From Octopus vulgaris (lineage: Eukaryota): a stretch of 64,000 nucleotides of DNA. Below the pieces are notes generated by a model. The model searched no databases. It saw only the letters and a program-made list of their open reading frames with translations, and was not told the origin of the DNA. Location of the stretch: positions 209,684,001-209,748,000 of the forward strand of contig OX597815.1 in assembly GCA_951406725.2 (NCBI GenBank), given 5' to 3'. The position numbers were made by a program, and so were the translations under genes. Shown here in pieces: positions 12,506 to 25,810 of this stretch. The stretch's first letter is position 1. Each line of letters begins with the position of its first letter.

Positions 12506-13360
12506 TATATGTAATATAGGAAAGTGCTGTAACTTATGTATTTCACATACACTTCCACTCAGTATCTTAATATATACTTATATTATTAATAAATGCCTTC
12601 TGCCTGCCCCCCTTTCTCTCTCTGTTTCATTCACACTCAGTTTCTCTCTCACTCTCTTTTCTTCTTTCTATCTATCATATAAAATATAGCTGACTTATTC
12701 TACAGATTTATATAAACTACCTGGGCCGTGAAAACAAAAATGCTTAGCGGTATTACATCTGCCGTTACGTTCAGAGTTTAAATTCCGCCGAGCAAAAAAT
12801 GTAAGCATCTTTAAATAGTGATCATATTTAACTAGCGAATAATTTTTTTAAAATTATTTTTGTGTTATACTTCAAATAATCATATTTTCATACAATATAA
12901 TTATATATGTTTTCAGTTCGACAGCTCATATGCTACATATTGCACAAACCTCATTTCCACATCCCCGGGAGGTGTGAGCTTTGAGGTTCTTTTTGTTTGT
13001 TTTTCACTGGACACATAAATATGATACATCTGAAATAATTCATCAAAATTATTGAAAATATTGAATAATAAACAAAAACATACATAACATTCCCCAATTT
13101 TTTCATCTGGACACAATTTGCGTACAGTTTGTGAAAATTAAAAATGGTGGCATGCGACCGTAGACTTCCACAATAAAGATTTTTTCATGTAGCTAAAGAT
13201 ATTTTAACGTTGCATTGTATTCCTGAAGAAACTCATGTTAGTATAGTTACAACTGATTACATGTAATTTTCTTGAGCATTTCTACGCTTCTACCGTCGGT
13301 GTTCGTCACGCTAAGGGAGCTGTTTTCTTATATCACTTACACATTCAGCGATTCTTGAAA

Positions 13361-14410
13361 ATGGTAAAGAGAATAAGTCAACAAAGAGCGGCAGCAAGAG
13401 AGCGACAGGGAAGAGAAGATGACGACAACGGTTACCAGCAGAAGAGAGGCAAGTAATCCGTAACCGTATTTGGGAACAAATGCAAAGAATGAGAAATAGT
13501 ATGAACCAATACGAGAGAGAACTTTATCTGCAGAATAGAAAAAAAAACGGAGATCAAGAGAGAAGAAATAACGTGAATCCCGAAGAGAGAGAGAAGCTTA
13601 TCTACAGAATATGAGAAACAGAGTTCAACAGCGGAGAAATGCCATAAACGAAGATCAACCTTTAGGATTCCATATTGGTGATATGATTGTTATTTATCGA
13701 TAGAATTGAGCTCCAAGATTCTCAAGGGAGATCCTGAATTGTTTGTCACAATGGAAAAGTATTAATTCTTGCTTTACAAGGATATCCAAGTAATCTTAGT
13801 CAATTATGTGATATAAATAATCACGAAGGATCTCATTTTAGGAACAACATATGAAAATATAATTCTGCTTTTGCATTTGCTTCTTTTGGTGCAAATATCA
13901 AACCTCCACAGGACCTGGCTTTTATTGCTTCCGATTACAAGGTCGAATATATCATTACGCCAGCAATCTGCATCCAAATGAAACTGAACAGAGAAGATAG
14001 GGTCAGCTCTACGTCATAGAATCAAATGAAGCAATCCATACCTGAGCTAATGTTAATGAAAATGCTAATTGTTTATTATCGGTATTTGAACAAATATCGG
14101 TTGCAATGAATAATAATTCTTAGGCAGCAGCATACAATAATATTACTCTTTCCTTTTTACTCTTTTACTTGTTCCAGTCATTTTATTGCGGCCATGCTGG
14201 AGCACCGCCTTTAGTCGAGCAAATCGACCCCAGGACTTATTCTTTGTAAGCCTAGTACTTATTCTATCTGTCTCTTTTGCCGAACCGCTAAGTTACAGTG
14301 ACGTAAACACACCAGCATCAGTTATCAAGCGATGTTGGGGGGACAAACATAGATACACAAACATATACACACACATACATACATACATATATACACACAC
14401 ATACATATAT

Positions 14411-14476
<66 letters not shown>

Positions 14477-16375
14477 CGGGATTCTTTCAGTTTCCGTCTA
14501 CCAAATCCACTGACAAGGCTTTGGTTGGCCCGGGTCTATAGTAGAAGACACTTGCTCAAGGTGCCACGCAGTGGGACTGAACCCGGGAACATGTGGTTCG
14601 TAAGCAAGCTACATTGAAATGCAAGAGCAAGAAAGAGCTGCAAGAGAAAATAATATTCCTTCTAGAAAAGTAACCATGCACTTCATCCCAGTTCTTGATA
14701 CAAAAAGATACAATAATCCAGCGAACAATGAGCAGAATATACTGCAGCAATTTTCGTTGGTGAAGATGGAGCTCCGCCAGTACATCGTGATATTGTTGTA
14801 TATCCTATAGGACAACATAAAGAGGGAATATCGTAGATTTCTTACCGTTTAGACCTCATGGTTCATCCTCTTCTTCTTCCAAATGGCTATCAAAGATGGC
14901 ATACCAACATACTGCATGTACAACATCATCAAACAAGAGTTCGTAACAAAGTAACAATGCAGGAATTCTACCTTTTAACGTTTGGCCATAAGAGGCGGTT
15001 TCAGTGCAATTGACTGAGCGGGAAAATTATTTCAACAATATATTGTTGATGCATATGTCAAAGTAGAGGGCTGTTGTTTGAATTTCATTCAAAATAACCA
15101 TGCATTGTTGAGAGTTACAATGTACTCTGGCCTCATGGATCACCTGGCGGAGAACAATCAAAATGAAGTGCCAGGAGTCCCTGTCATTCTACCTCCAAGG
15201 AATATACAACAGTAATATCAAGATGTAATGGCGATAGTTTGCAAATATGGAAGTCCTGACCTATTTGCAATCCGAATGTCAAGTAATTACTGAAAACCTA
15301 GGGCCACCAGAAACAGCTCAAAACAGGCTACATTTAGTAGTACGCGTTTACAAATTACATCTGAATGAATTGATGGTTGATATTAAAGAAAGGCTTGTAT
15401 TTGGTGTACCTATTGCCCATATACATGTTATTACATTCCAGAAAAGAGGTCTTCCGAAATGTTATATGTTTATCATGTTGCACGAAGAAGATAAAATTAG
15501 AAGAAAAAAGAGAACAGATTAATAACATAGTCTCTGCTGGAATTCCACCCATGGAAGAACCGGAGTTGAGACAATTAGTTTGAACACTGATGATCCACGG
15601 ACCTTGTGGAGTATCAAATCTACATTCAGTATGTATGGTTGACGGACAATGTCAGAAGAAATTCCCTTAGGAATATCAATAACGTTTCAGAGTATCCCGT
15701 ATACAGAGGGAGGAACAACGGAAACACTCTACAAGAGGGAATTCACCAAGTGGACAATAGATTTGGCACTCCATATAATCGGTATTTGTTCAAACAAATA
15801 ACATGCACACAATAACGCTGAAGTGTGAAATATCTTTTTAAATATGTCTATAAAGGACACGATTGTGCAATGATGGAAGTAAGGAATGACATGACAGAAA
15901 ACAACGAACAAACAATATATTTTCATGCAGACACGTGACCCCACCTGAAGCATTTTGACGATTATCGTAGTTCAAAATGCATGGGCAGTCCCACACAGTA
16001 TGCCGTTTAGCTCTACATTTACCCGATGAACAAAAAGTCTACTACATAGTAGGAGAGCAACGACAAGCAGCTGCACGAGCACAAGAGCGTGACACACATT
16101 TAATCGCTTGGTTCAAGCTAAATCAATCTGAAGAGAATGCTAGAAATCTCCTTTACTGTGATATCCCTGAACAATATGAGTTTCACAAGCAAACTACAAA
16201 GTGGACACGGCGACTGCGCTTCCATAATATTGTAACCAGAATGTACTCCACAAGTCTACATAATGCAGATAAATTTTACTTAAATATGCTACTGCAGCAT
16301 ATCCCTGGCGCAACTTCTTTCAATCATTTAAGAACTGTTGAAGGTGAAGAATTTGAAACTTTCAAAGAGACGTGT
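13361..16375 (+). pseudogene. Decayed Helitron Rep(Hel) coding region, truncated before the helicase
   Basis: Motifs in order: HFRNNI*KYNSAFAFASFGA, YCFRLQGRIYH, AIFVGEDGAPP..RDIVVYP, GKLFQQYIVDAYVKVE, KYGSPDLF, FQKRGLP (15436), MIHGPCG, KYLFKYVYKGHD (~15828), RLALHLP, GATSFNHLRTVEG; many stops and frameshifts. Confidence 0.93.
14145..14611 (-). mobile_element. SINE family C with internal (CA)/(TA)n, inserted in the Helitron
   Basis: Matches 35378-35825; Helitron coding homology resumes after it. Confidence 0.9.
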
Positions 16376-17081
16376 TTTTTTAAGGCAATTTTTAAAAAAA
16401 CTTTTCAGAATGGTACCCAAATTGACGTATTTTGTGTTATTTATTCCAGCTAATACTGTCCTTTGACCCAATAGTATACTAATGATTGTTCTTTTTTTTA
16501 ACTTGAATCGAAGTTAAAGAAGTTAGTGGTACAAAATAAGCAACTCATTTTGAAATGGTGTAAACTCCAAGAAGTACACTGAATCTCGGACGCAAACGTG
16601 TACGCATGTATGTTTATGTATGTTACTATACATACTCACATGCTCACTCACACACACACATACACGCACAAACACACAAATACATGTATACATTTGTCCA
16701 TTAATTACCTGTAGGATATAACAGATTCAGAAGAAAGGTGTGTTGTATCTCAACAGTTAGCGCGTGACCAATGGAGCCCACGTCGAAGTGTTCTGAGGTT
16801 TCTAATAAAAATGTATTGCTTGCCTGTATCTTCCAATAAACTCTGATGAGTTATCCTTAATCTTTCCTGAGTATTTTGTATTGTGAAGGTAATTTATTGG
16901 CATTCTGTATACATACACACATACATACATACATACATACATACATACGTTCGTAGAGAAATGCATGCATGCATACATACATACGTACGTGCATACATAC
17001 ATGCATGCATACATACCTTCGTATATTTACAGATATATACAAATTTTAAATACACACACAAATATATATATATATATATAT

Positions 17082-17293
17082 AAAGTTAATCCAAACATAA
17101 AAACACAAACAGAAAACACAACAACGCGAGAACGTGGAACAAATATAGTATTATTGGACGCTCAGGAAGGAAGGGAAGAAGGAGGGTTTTACGTTTCGAG
17201 CGGAGCTCTTCGTCAGAAACATAGGAAAAGGAAAGATCCAGAGAAGGGAAGACAGCGGAAAAAAATCGCCAACGGTACACACGCGGTCGCATT
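17082..17293 (-). mobile_element. Penelope-like terminal repeat fragment with minimal hammerhead
   Basis: Closely similar copy at 24744-24949; abuts (TA)n; contains CTGACGA...GAAACGT on the minus strand. Confidence 0.75.
17186..17220 (-). ncRNA. Minimal type I hammerhead ribozyme (canonical C3-G8 core)
   Basis: Minus strand gttt-CTGACGA-a-GAGC(tcc)GCTC-GAA-ACGT-A-aaac; palindromic ACGT stem III. Confidence 0.7.
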
Positions 17294-17772
17294 ATATGAG
17301 TTATCCAGAAGACCCAAGGTGGAACATAACGCTATGTAAGTGCTATGGAAGTACCATAGTTAACCTCTCGGTTCGATATATATATATATAGCAATTTTCG
17401 AGTCTATGATGTTGGTCGACAGCATGTATTCTAGTAGTTCTTTATATCGACTCCACCGAGGAATGTAAAGTAAAGTTAACCCCGGCGGGCGGAACAAATA
17501 TCACGTTCATTTCTTTTTCTGGCGTTCTAACGGTTCTCTAACGCTACTCTATTCACATAAGTATTGAATAGAAAATAGGCCTATTCATGATTTGCAAACC
17601 GAGTGAGATATGTTTACTATCCCTTTTGAGAGCAATAGATAAATATGCGTCTTTTTAAACAAATAGAACGAAACACTGCAGAAGATCTGTGTCTAAATTC
17701 CTTGATACTATCTTGCAAAAGTACACACACACACACACACGCATGCATATCCAAACACACACACATACATTT

Positions 17773-17808
<36 letters not shown>

Positions 17809-18871
17809 GCACACACATACATGTATGTACATGTATCTCTGTATCTTTAAGCAGTGCCTTAAATAACATTTAAATAAAACGGCCATTTCCGAAGAAGCCA
17901 TTCCTAAGAAGAATAAATTACTTCCACCGACTGAAAGATATATTTAGATATCTCCAATTTTTTTATCATACTTTTGGTTGTAAATTCACTATCTCTGCAG
18001 ATCTTATTGCCATTTCTGATTGTTTTGACGGATAAAGATTGATTCACGGGTTACATTCAAATAACCATCTCACAAAATGTTCGCAGTATAAGAAATAATA
18101 TTAATGTTTGCATTACTATAGAAACCTGAATGTGTTTTATAAGTTTTACAATTTTTTTAAAAGTATTTAATGTAATTTTGTGATTCGAAATTATATAATT
18201 TTCCCAAAAAAAGAAAGCAAAAACATCTATTTGCTGTAAATAAATACATTATAAATGCGATTTATTAAATATTTTCAAAATAATGTAAAAGAATAATTTA
18301 ATAAAATATAATATTAATAAAAGAGGGTGTGGTTTGGTATAGTGTTTGTGTGTGTAAATGCGAAGGGTGATATCTGTGTTTGTTTGTTTGGTATGAAGGA
18401 GGTGCTATTTTCATGGTCTTGGAAATCTTCTTAAGACGATGCCGTTAACACTTTCCTGAATAATTGCATATCAACATTTACGAAAAATATAATTAAGAAA
18501 AGAAACCCAGAAGGATGTCATTCTGAGGAAGAAGGACTAGGGAGTGGACGTAGAAGTTATTAGGCAGGATGGGATGGAATTTGGCACAATATAGTCAACA
18601 AAATGAACAGAGACGGTAGCGCGTGATTAAAGCTGGCACGACATATACCTTCACCGAGTTAAAGACCACTATACTATCGATAAACAGGTACAGAGGGAAA
18701 ATGGTTTGTAGGGAAATGTTTAGGTTGTGTTGGTTAGTATCGGGATTCATGGCGACGTTATTGCTTTCCCTCGATTTGGTGGTGTTGACGCTGGTCGAAG
18801 ACTTTGACTCCTATCTTATGAGAAATTTTAAAGCTGGAAGGAAAGAATGTTGCAAACCTGAATAATTTTCT

Positions 18872-19620
18872 TCAATTGATGTCCACTTCTCTTTTTTGAG
18901 GGCGATCTACAGCTTCGATATATCCAAAGATGATTTTCGGAAGGCGAATTTCAGGCAACTGGATTATATGTCCTACCCAGCGTAGAAGACGACGGTTGAA
19001 GATGCATTTAATAATTGAGATTCCTGTACGTTGAAGGATGTTATATTGGGGAATCTTTTGATCCCAAGTGATACCAAGATTTTGTTGAATGTACCGAACA
19101 TAGAAAGCTTCAAGTTGTTTAATATTCGCTGCCATACAACAGCATTGATCGCAACAGTGGGGAGATGACAGCAGTTCGATACACTAAAATTTTTGTATGA
19201 AGACGAAGATTTGAGTAGGCGAATACCCTGGATCTGAATTTTCGAAGCTAATTAGCAGCCAGATTGATGCGGCTGGTTTCATCAATAAGTGTTGAATCTG
19301 AAATCCTTCTTCCAAAAATGATGATACATTTTTCTAAGGTATATTGTTTAAATGCAGTTGTTGAGTAAGGTCATTGTCCGTGAGTGATATTTGCCTGATC
19401 CCAGTCTTTTGGGGGTTGATGTTAAGTTCCAGTAAATAAAAGCATTGAGCACAGACGACACGATGTACTGGAAGTGAGACGGGTCATGAGGTGCAGCAGT
19501 TAGATCATCAACATAGTGAAGTTCGAAAACAGAGAGTGTTTAAACTGATTCAAGTGATCTTGAGTTGAAGCGGCAGCCAACGGTCCCAGATATTAATACT
19601 ATCTTCAGGAACAATATTGA
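18872..19620 (-). mobile_element. Decayed RTE-clade LINE ORF 3' portion
   Basis: ELHYVDD (YADD-like) then LEAFYVRYIQQNLGITW...LRWVGHIIQLPEIRLPKIIFG, typical of the RTE C-terminus. Confidence 0.85.
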
Positions 19621-21253
19621 TTCTAGATGTCGACGACCAAGGCATATATATCAATATGTACACACACACAAACACTTTTATATGTATTAGGTGTGCGTGT
19701 GTAAACACATGAATCCATATGTAGATAGAAGACGTGAATATATTAACGTCGCTGTCAGTTGCGTATATACTAGTAGGGTGTATGTAAGTTGAGTAGATAA
19801 TTTCCCAGTCAAGGGTAACAGAGATGTATTCTTAAGACACTGCACCAGGAATTCCTCTTTCCCATTAGCTGGTGAGCCCTCAGTTTCATCGTGAGTGACC
19901 CAACCAAATACAAGTAGGTAGGTGTTGCAAACACTTGGCTTCTCATGAGGGCTCTGGGTATCTGGCGTAGGAACAAATTCAAAGAGGGCTTATATGGGCC
20001 CGATCAGCCCATCACTACTGTTATTGTTTAACTCAACTTAGGCTTTGCTGCTCAATGCTATTACGATGAACTGCAAGCTGTATTACCATATTTTATATTT
20101 CGGAGACTTACACATTCCAGTGGATGGTGATATAAAACGTACGGTTATTAGGAACCTTTTTTGAGAAACAGATCGAATGAGGCACGGTTTCTCACCAGGC
20201 GGGCTGTTCTACTAAATAAATTCTAGGTAATTTTTCGATAGGTATGCCATTGAGAATTGCTCCGCGGACCGGGTTTGCTCATGACTGATGTATGTATTAG
20301 TAGAATGCTTATTTCTCATTCAGCTACTATATTTTTCTGGAGGTATTCTTTTCTTATTTTCAGATCTTTAAATACCTTTGATTTTTGTCAAGTGATTAGT
20401 TTAACAACTACCCGGGTACAAAATTCTCATAAACATAAGTGTATAAAACATTCATATTATAGTTACTTGTATCCGCGCATCAGCGGTACGCAAGTGAACA
20501 ATTTCAGAGGAACAGAAAATTTCAATATGGTTAATAAAACATTTGACGCAATAAACAAACAACAGCCATTACATTTCCCTTTACCTGAACACGTTATGAA
20601 TTTACGATGCATTTAAGTTTTCATCACAGTTGAGAACATCTGAAATTATTAAACAGAAAATTTGGTTTACGTTAATTCACCTAGTAATTGTTACATTAAT
20701 CATTTGATTCTCGCAATAATTGTTAAACTAATCATTAAACATTAAAAAGAAAAATGAAAAGGAAAAAAAGAAAATAAAAATGAAAAAAAATCGAAGTCAT
20801 TTAATAGCCTGAAAAATGAGGGGAAGAAATCTTTTGCAAAATGTATGAGTCGTTGCGTCAGAATTACATTTGTTTGATCATATGTTATTTCTGATCAATT
20901 ATGATCTGACTCCAGAACAATAAGAACAGTTAATGAAGCTTTTCCTCCTTGCTTCTTTCATTATTCGAAACAGTGCTTCTCTCTCACTACGACTTCGCCT
21001 TAATTTTCTGTATATTCTCTTGTCCATTAGGCAGCCACGCTCATGCACGCGCAAAGAAACGTACACACACAAAAATAACCAATACACAGATAAATCCATT
21101 TACGCACATGCGTATTTTGCAGCACAAAGACTCTTACATAAAATAAATGAGTAGAAACTAACAAGAATGAAATATTTTTATGAAAGCACCTGATATTAGT
21201 GCCTCAGTATAACTAAAGTATACTGGCTGAAACGACTGAAAGACTAAACGCTA

Positions 21254-21284
<31 letters not shown>

Positions 21285-21311
21285 TGCATCCATATATGTG
21301 CATATGTGTGA

Positions 21312-21605
21312 AACAGTTTGGCCTATAGATTAAGGAGGTTGTACTCGTCATCGCAAGATTGTGGGTTCGATTCTCAGACCGGCGGTGCGTTGTGGTTTTG
21401 AACTAAACGATATTCCACGTTGTTCCAAGCGACTCCTCTGCTGTGAGTAGATAACCCTACAACGGACGGGTGTGTCGTTCAGGGACAAATTTTAGTCAAC
21501 GTGCATAGCCAGTGGCATCACTTGCATCCTTTGAAAGCTACAATAATGCAGGAAAGCACATTGTGAACAGCAGTGTATAACAACATCTGGCAGTCTAGTC
21601 GATAT
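21312..21605 (+). mobile_element. Degenerate SINE family B
   Basis: gtgggttcgattctcagaccgg head remnant; tail resembles 25200-25280. Confidence 0.6.
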
Positions 21606-21608
21606 AAC

Positions 21609-21696
<88 letters not shown>

Positions 21697-21710
21697 CTTA
21701 TATGTATATA

Positions 21711-21870
21711 TTTGTAAAGAATAAAAACGTTTTGAATGGTACATCAATGCACTATAATACAAACAATGGGCTATATACCTGTTGTAATTTAGTGATACAA
21801 CAGGTATATAGCCCATTGTTTGTATTATAGTGCATTGTAGTACCATTCAAAACTTTTTATTCTTTACAAA
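21711..21870. repeat. Long inverted repeat (~75-bp arms, 9-nt spacer) beside (TA)n
   Basis: 21711-21786 versus 21796-21870, near-perfect reverse complements. Confidence 0.9.
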
Positions 21871-23574
21871 CGATACACAATGCTTCAAGCGAACTATAAT
21901 ACTCTCCTATATATATATATTCATATATGTATGTAACTATCTATAACACACACCTAATAGTGTGTACCCATGCACATTAATATATATATATATATTTATA
22001 TATATATGTACGTGTGTGTGTAGTTCATTGATGTATAACTGTCTGTTATGTCTTTCTGGAGTTTGTACTAATATTCCATCATTTCTATGTTGTTCGCATT
22101 TCGTAATTTGGTATTTGCATGTGCATATCATATGTCTAATTAGATATGTAGTAAGGGGTTTGAGGATTTTCTCCAATTCATGAGAGAAGCGTATTCATTC
22201 TCGCTAACATATTTATTCTTATATTTTAAGTTCTGCTTTTCTCTTTTGGGTTCTGAATTCGGATAAAGAAAGAATTAGAAATGAACACTAACATAAAGTG
22301 GAAAAATTTGAAACCAGCCACAGACCTTATGTCTAACCAAGTTAAGGAATCTTTACTCCGAAATGTTTAATAATTGTATCTAATTGTTCGAAAATTGCAA
22401 TGAAATGAAAATTAATTGCTTCAATTAAACTTGGAAAGTCTTGAGAATTCACAGAAAAACACTTTAGCGATTAATCAGACCAGTTCACTTGACCACATAT
22501 AATATACATAGAACGTTGGCACCTATGGCCAAAATTCTGCGGCCTTTGCTGATAGTAGACCTAATTGTAAACGTAATACAAATCAGAAGAGAAATTCATA
22601 GCAAGCTCAGTTTCTGCACTGTTCAAAGACATCATGTGCCATATGTGACGAACAGCTTTTGTCAGCGTTTGGAACCCTCTTTATCAGAATCTTCTTCAAC
22701 TCTGACGTATACGCAGTTGCAGCTATTGATCTGCAGGACAGGTGACAATTCAAGCATACCTCAACTTACGTAGGTAATTTGTTCCAACTGGAAAAATCAC
22801 GTAACACGTAAAAAGAAAATAAAAAAGAATTGATTAGCACATATCTGTCTTAATATTTTGTAATTATTTTCACTCGTATTTTAATTACTACATCAGTTTT
22901 GGTGTTTAGGTACTCTTAAAAAACCCCAAAACAAATGCTTTTAAATAAATTCCCTGAGACCAATGTAAAGACTGATAAATCGACAACAGTTGCGATTTGT
23001 TTTGTTCAATAATTTCTTTAGAAATCGACATAAAGTTGAAAAAGATGTAACTAGAGGCGACATAAACTGATGTATGTCTGTACTTTATGTCTTCACAGAA
23101 TTTTACACTAGACCACTCTATCAAACAGCAGTCAACATTGGTTGCTGTTACTAAAAGACATACTACGTTTTATTACATTCATGTATAATCGCTAACGATT
23201 TTCTGTTAAAATGTTGAGATGCATACAAAGAGCATTGTGTGGTTAAAATTTAATTTCATGCAAAAACCTGATTGCATTGCTTAATTTTTAGAGAAAATTT
23301 CATCAGAAAGCATTTCAGTTTATTACAGGAATAAATGGGAATATAGAATTCGCTTTAATAAAATACTACGTTTCGAGATATAAGGTGTTTATATATATAT
23401 ATATATATACAAAAAGCAATAAAGATTCAAGTTAATTTAAATGAATTTACTTGCACGCTCGCACACACAACTTACACACACACAACACAAACATGCATAT
23501 TCAAATGAGCATACAGGTGAGAAGAATGTGTATGTGAACGTATGTAAATATGTAAGGACACAAGAATGGATAGG

Positions 23575-23667
23575 TTTTTAGTACAATCGTTTCATACAAG
23601 GACAGGCTTTATTAAAAGTTGCAAAAATTACAGCATATAAACGTGTCCTGTACTCATCAGCTAAAAT
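23575..23667 (-). ncRNA. Type I hammerhead ribozyme, canonical core, long stem II
   Basis: Minus strand ttttag-CTGATGA-gTACAGGACA...TGTCCTTGTAt-GAAAC(gatt)GTA-ctaaaa; predicted cut between 23582 and 23581. Confidence 0.78.
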
Positions 23668-24057
23668 ACATGTGAGTTCTCTAGACATCCTATTGGTTGA
23701 GGCTATACTCATGAAGTAGATAATTAAGTAACATAAACAGATTTCCAAAGTTCATTAAAGTTCTATAAAGATGATGTACAGTCTTATCACAGAATTTTAA
23801 AAAAGTTTTAACAGCATCACAGAGAAGGTGACCTAATCCATAGTGCACATATGAATTTCCAGAGATATGATGAGGGATTACATACTCACAGACGATAAAT
23901 TTATCCATTGTTAATCACAACGAGGTGTGTCTCAATTCCTGCTTATTAGCATTACAGAGAGGGTGTATTAATCCTTTGTATAGATGCACAATTTCCAATG
24001 GTGTAGATGTAAATTTCCAGATGTAAATGTGTGTGTATGTATGTATATATATTTGTG

Positions 24058-24100
<43 letters not shown>

Positions 24101-24160
24101 CGCGGTAATAAGAAAATGGGATGACAAAAGAATATAATTTTATGTACTTCCGTCATATTC

Positions 24161-24364
24161 TTTTCTACTCTAGGCACAAGGCCCGAAATTTTTCGGGAGA
24201 AGGCCAGTCGATTACATCGACCCCAGTACGCAACTGGTACTTAATGTATCGACCCCGAAAGGCAAAAAGGACCTCGGCGCAATTTCAACTCGGAACGTAA
24301 TGATAGACGAAATACCGCTAAGCATTCCGCCCGGCGTGCTAACGCTTCTACCAGCTCGCCGCTT
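24161..24364 (-). mobile_element. SINE family A (tail ii)
   Basis: 18-bp TSD tgtacttccgtcatattc at 24143-24160 and 24365-24382. Confidence 0.92.
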
Positions 24365-24743
24365 TGTACTTCCGTCATATTCGAGACTCTGATGAAGCTA
24401 CAAGTTACTCGACTATGAGTCGACTGCATCTTATATCAGAAACAACGGTAAGCTACCGGAATTCATAAGACAATCGTTTGTTTTCCTTGTTATCTCATTT
24501 TCCTATGTATGTGTGTATATATGTATGTATTTATCTATCTATCTATCTAACTCTCTCTATGTGTGTGTGCATATATATTTACATACGTATATATACATAT
24601 TATATGCATGTACATACGCATATATACACACACATATATATGAATATGTTTATACATATATATCTATATTCATATATATTCATATGTATGTATATATGTA
24701 TATAAATATGTATGCATGTACGTATCTATGTATATGTAGATAT

Positions 24744-24949
24744 AAAGTTAATCGAAACAAGAAAACACAAAAAACACAACAACGCGAGGACGTGGAACAA
24801 ATATAGTATTATTGGACGCTCAGGAAAGAAGGGAAGAAGGAGGGTTTAACGTTTCGAGCGGAGCTCTTCGTCGGAAACATAGGAGAAGGAATGATCCAGA
24901 GAAGGGAAGACAGGAAAAAAATCGCCAACGATACACACGAGGTCACATT
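24744..24949 (-). mobile_element. Second copy of the 17.1-kb Penelope-like repeat; hammerhead core mutated (CCGACGA)
   Basis: Aligns to 17082-17293; fold at 24844-24878. Confidence 0.75.
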
Positions 24950-24972
24950 ACATATGTATGTATGTATATATG

Positions 24973-25283
24973 TAGGCGCAATGGCCCAGTGGTTAGGGCA
25001 GCGGACTCGCGGTCGGAGGATCGCGGTTTCGATTCCCAGACCGGGCGTGGTGTGTGTTTATTGAGCAAAAACACCTAAAAGCTCCACGAGGCTTCGGCAG
25101 GGAATGATGGCGATCCCTGCTGTACTCTTTCGCCACAACTTTCTCTCACTCTTTCTTCTGTTGGCCTGCTCGCTTAGCCAGCGGGGTGGTGTCATTTGAA
25201 GGCTAAAACACTGCGAAGCGCATTGTGACCAGCAATGTGTAGCAACGTCTGATAGCCTGGTCGGTCACGGTGATCACGGTGAT
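24973..25283 (+). mobile_element. SINE family B, near full length
   Basis: aggcgcaatggcccagtggttagggcagcggactcgcggtc...tttcgattccc tRNA-like head; tail ends ggtcacggtgatcacggtga. Confidence 0.88.
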
Positions 25284-25763
25284 GTGTGTATATATGTATA
25301 TGTGTGTCTGTGTGTGTGTGTGTGTTTATGTCCTCAGGTTTGTCTGCATGTACGTCTATGTATTGGGGAGTGTGCGTTATACATATCAGTAATAAGTGAT
25401 CCTGTACAAAATTCATATCTAACGTCTTGTCGTAGCTTTCATTGTGAATTCTCAATTCTTTCGTTGTTGTTGCTATTGGTGTTGTTGCTATTTTCTTTAT
25501 GATATCATCATTTTCCTCTCATTCGTTATCAACCTTTCGTTCTCCATCTCGTCCTCCGACGACTCTTTCTTCTCTATTTTAGTTTATTCCTTCTGCTTTT
25601 TCGTCTTCTTTTTCTTCACCTCTTCCGCCAATATCGCTTCGTTCTTTTAATTTCTGTTGTTGATTTAGTCAGCAAAAAAAAGAAAGAAAAAAAATCACAG
25701 AATAAATAGAACTGTGAGGATAAATATTTGCTGATGAATTAAGCATTACACACGGAGAGGAAA

Positions 25764-25777
25764 ACACGTACACACAA

Positions 25778-25810
<33 letters not shown>

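Noticed and set aside
13223-13280. CTGAAGA hammerhead-like start
   Set aside because: No GAAA/UH or closing stem I
16833-16900. ccaataaa-ct-CTGATGA...aaggtaat-ttattgg partial hammerhead
   Set aside because: The GAAA and cleavage triplet half is absent; at best a deleted relic
20150-20645. Possible old hAT-like MITEs
   Set aside because: TIRs and TSDs too degraded to support
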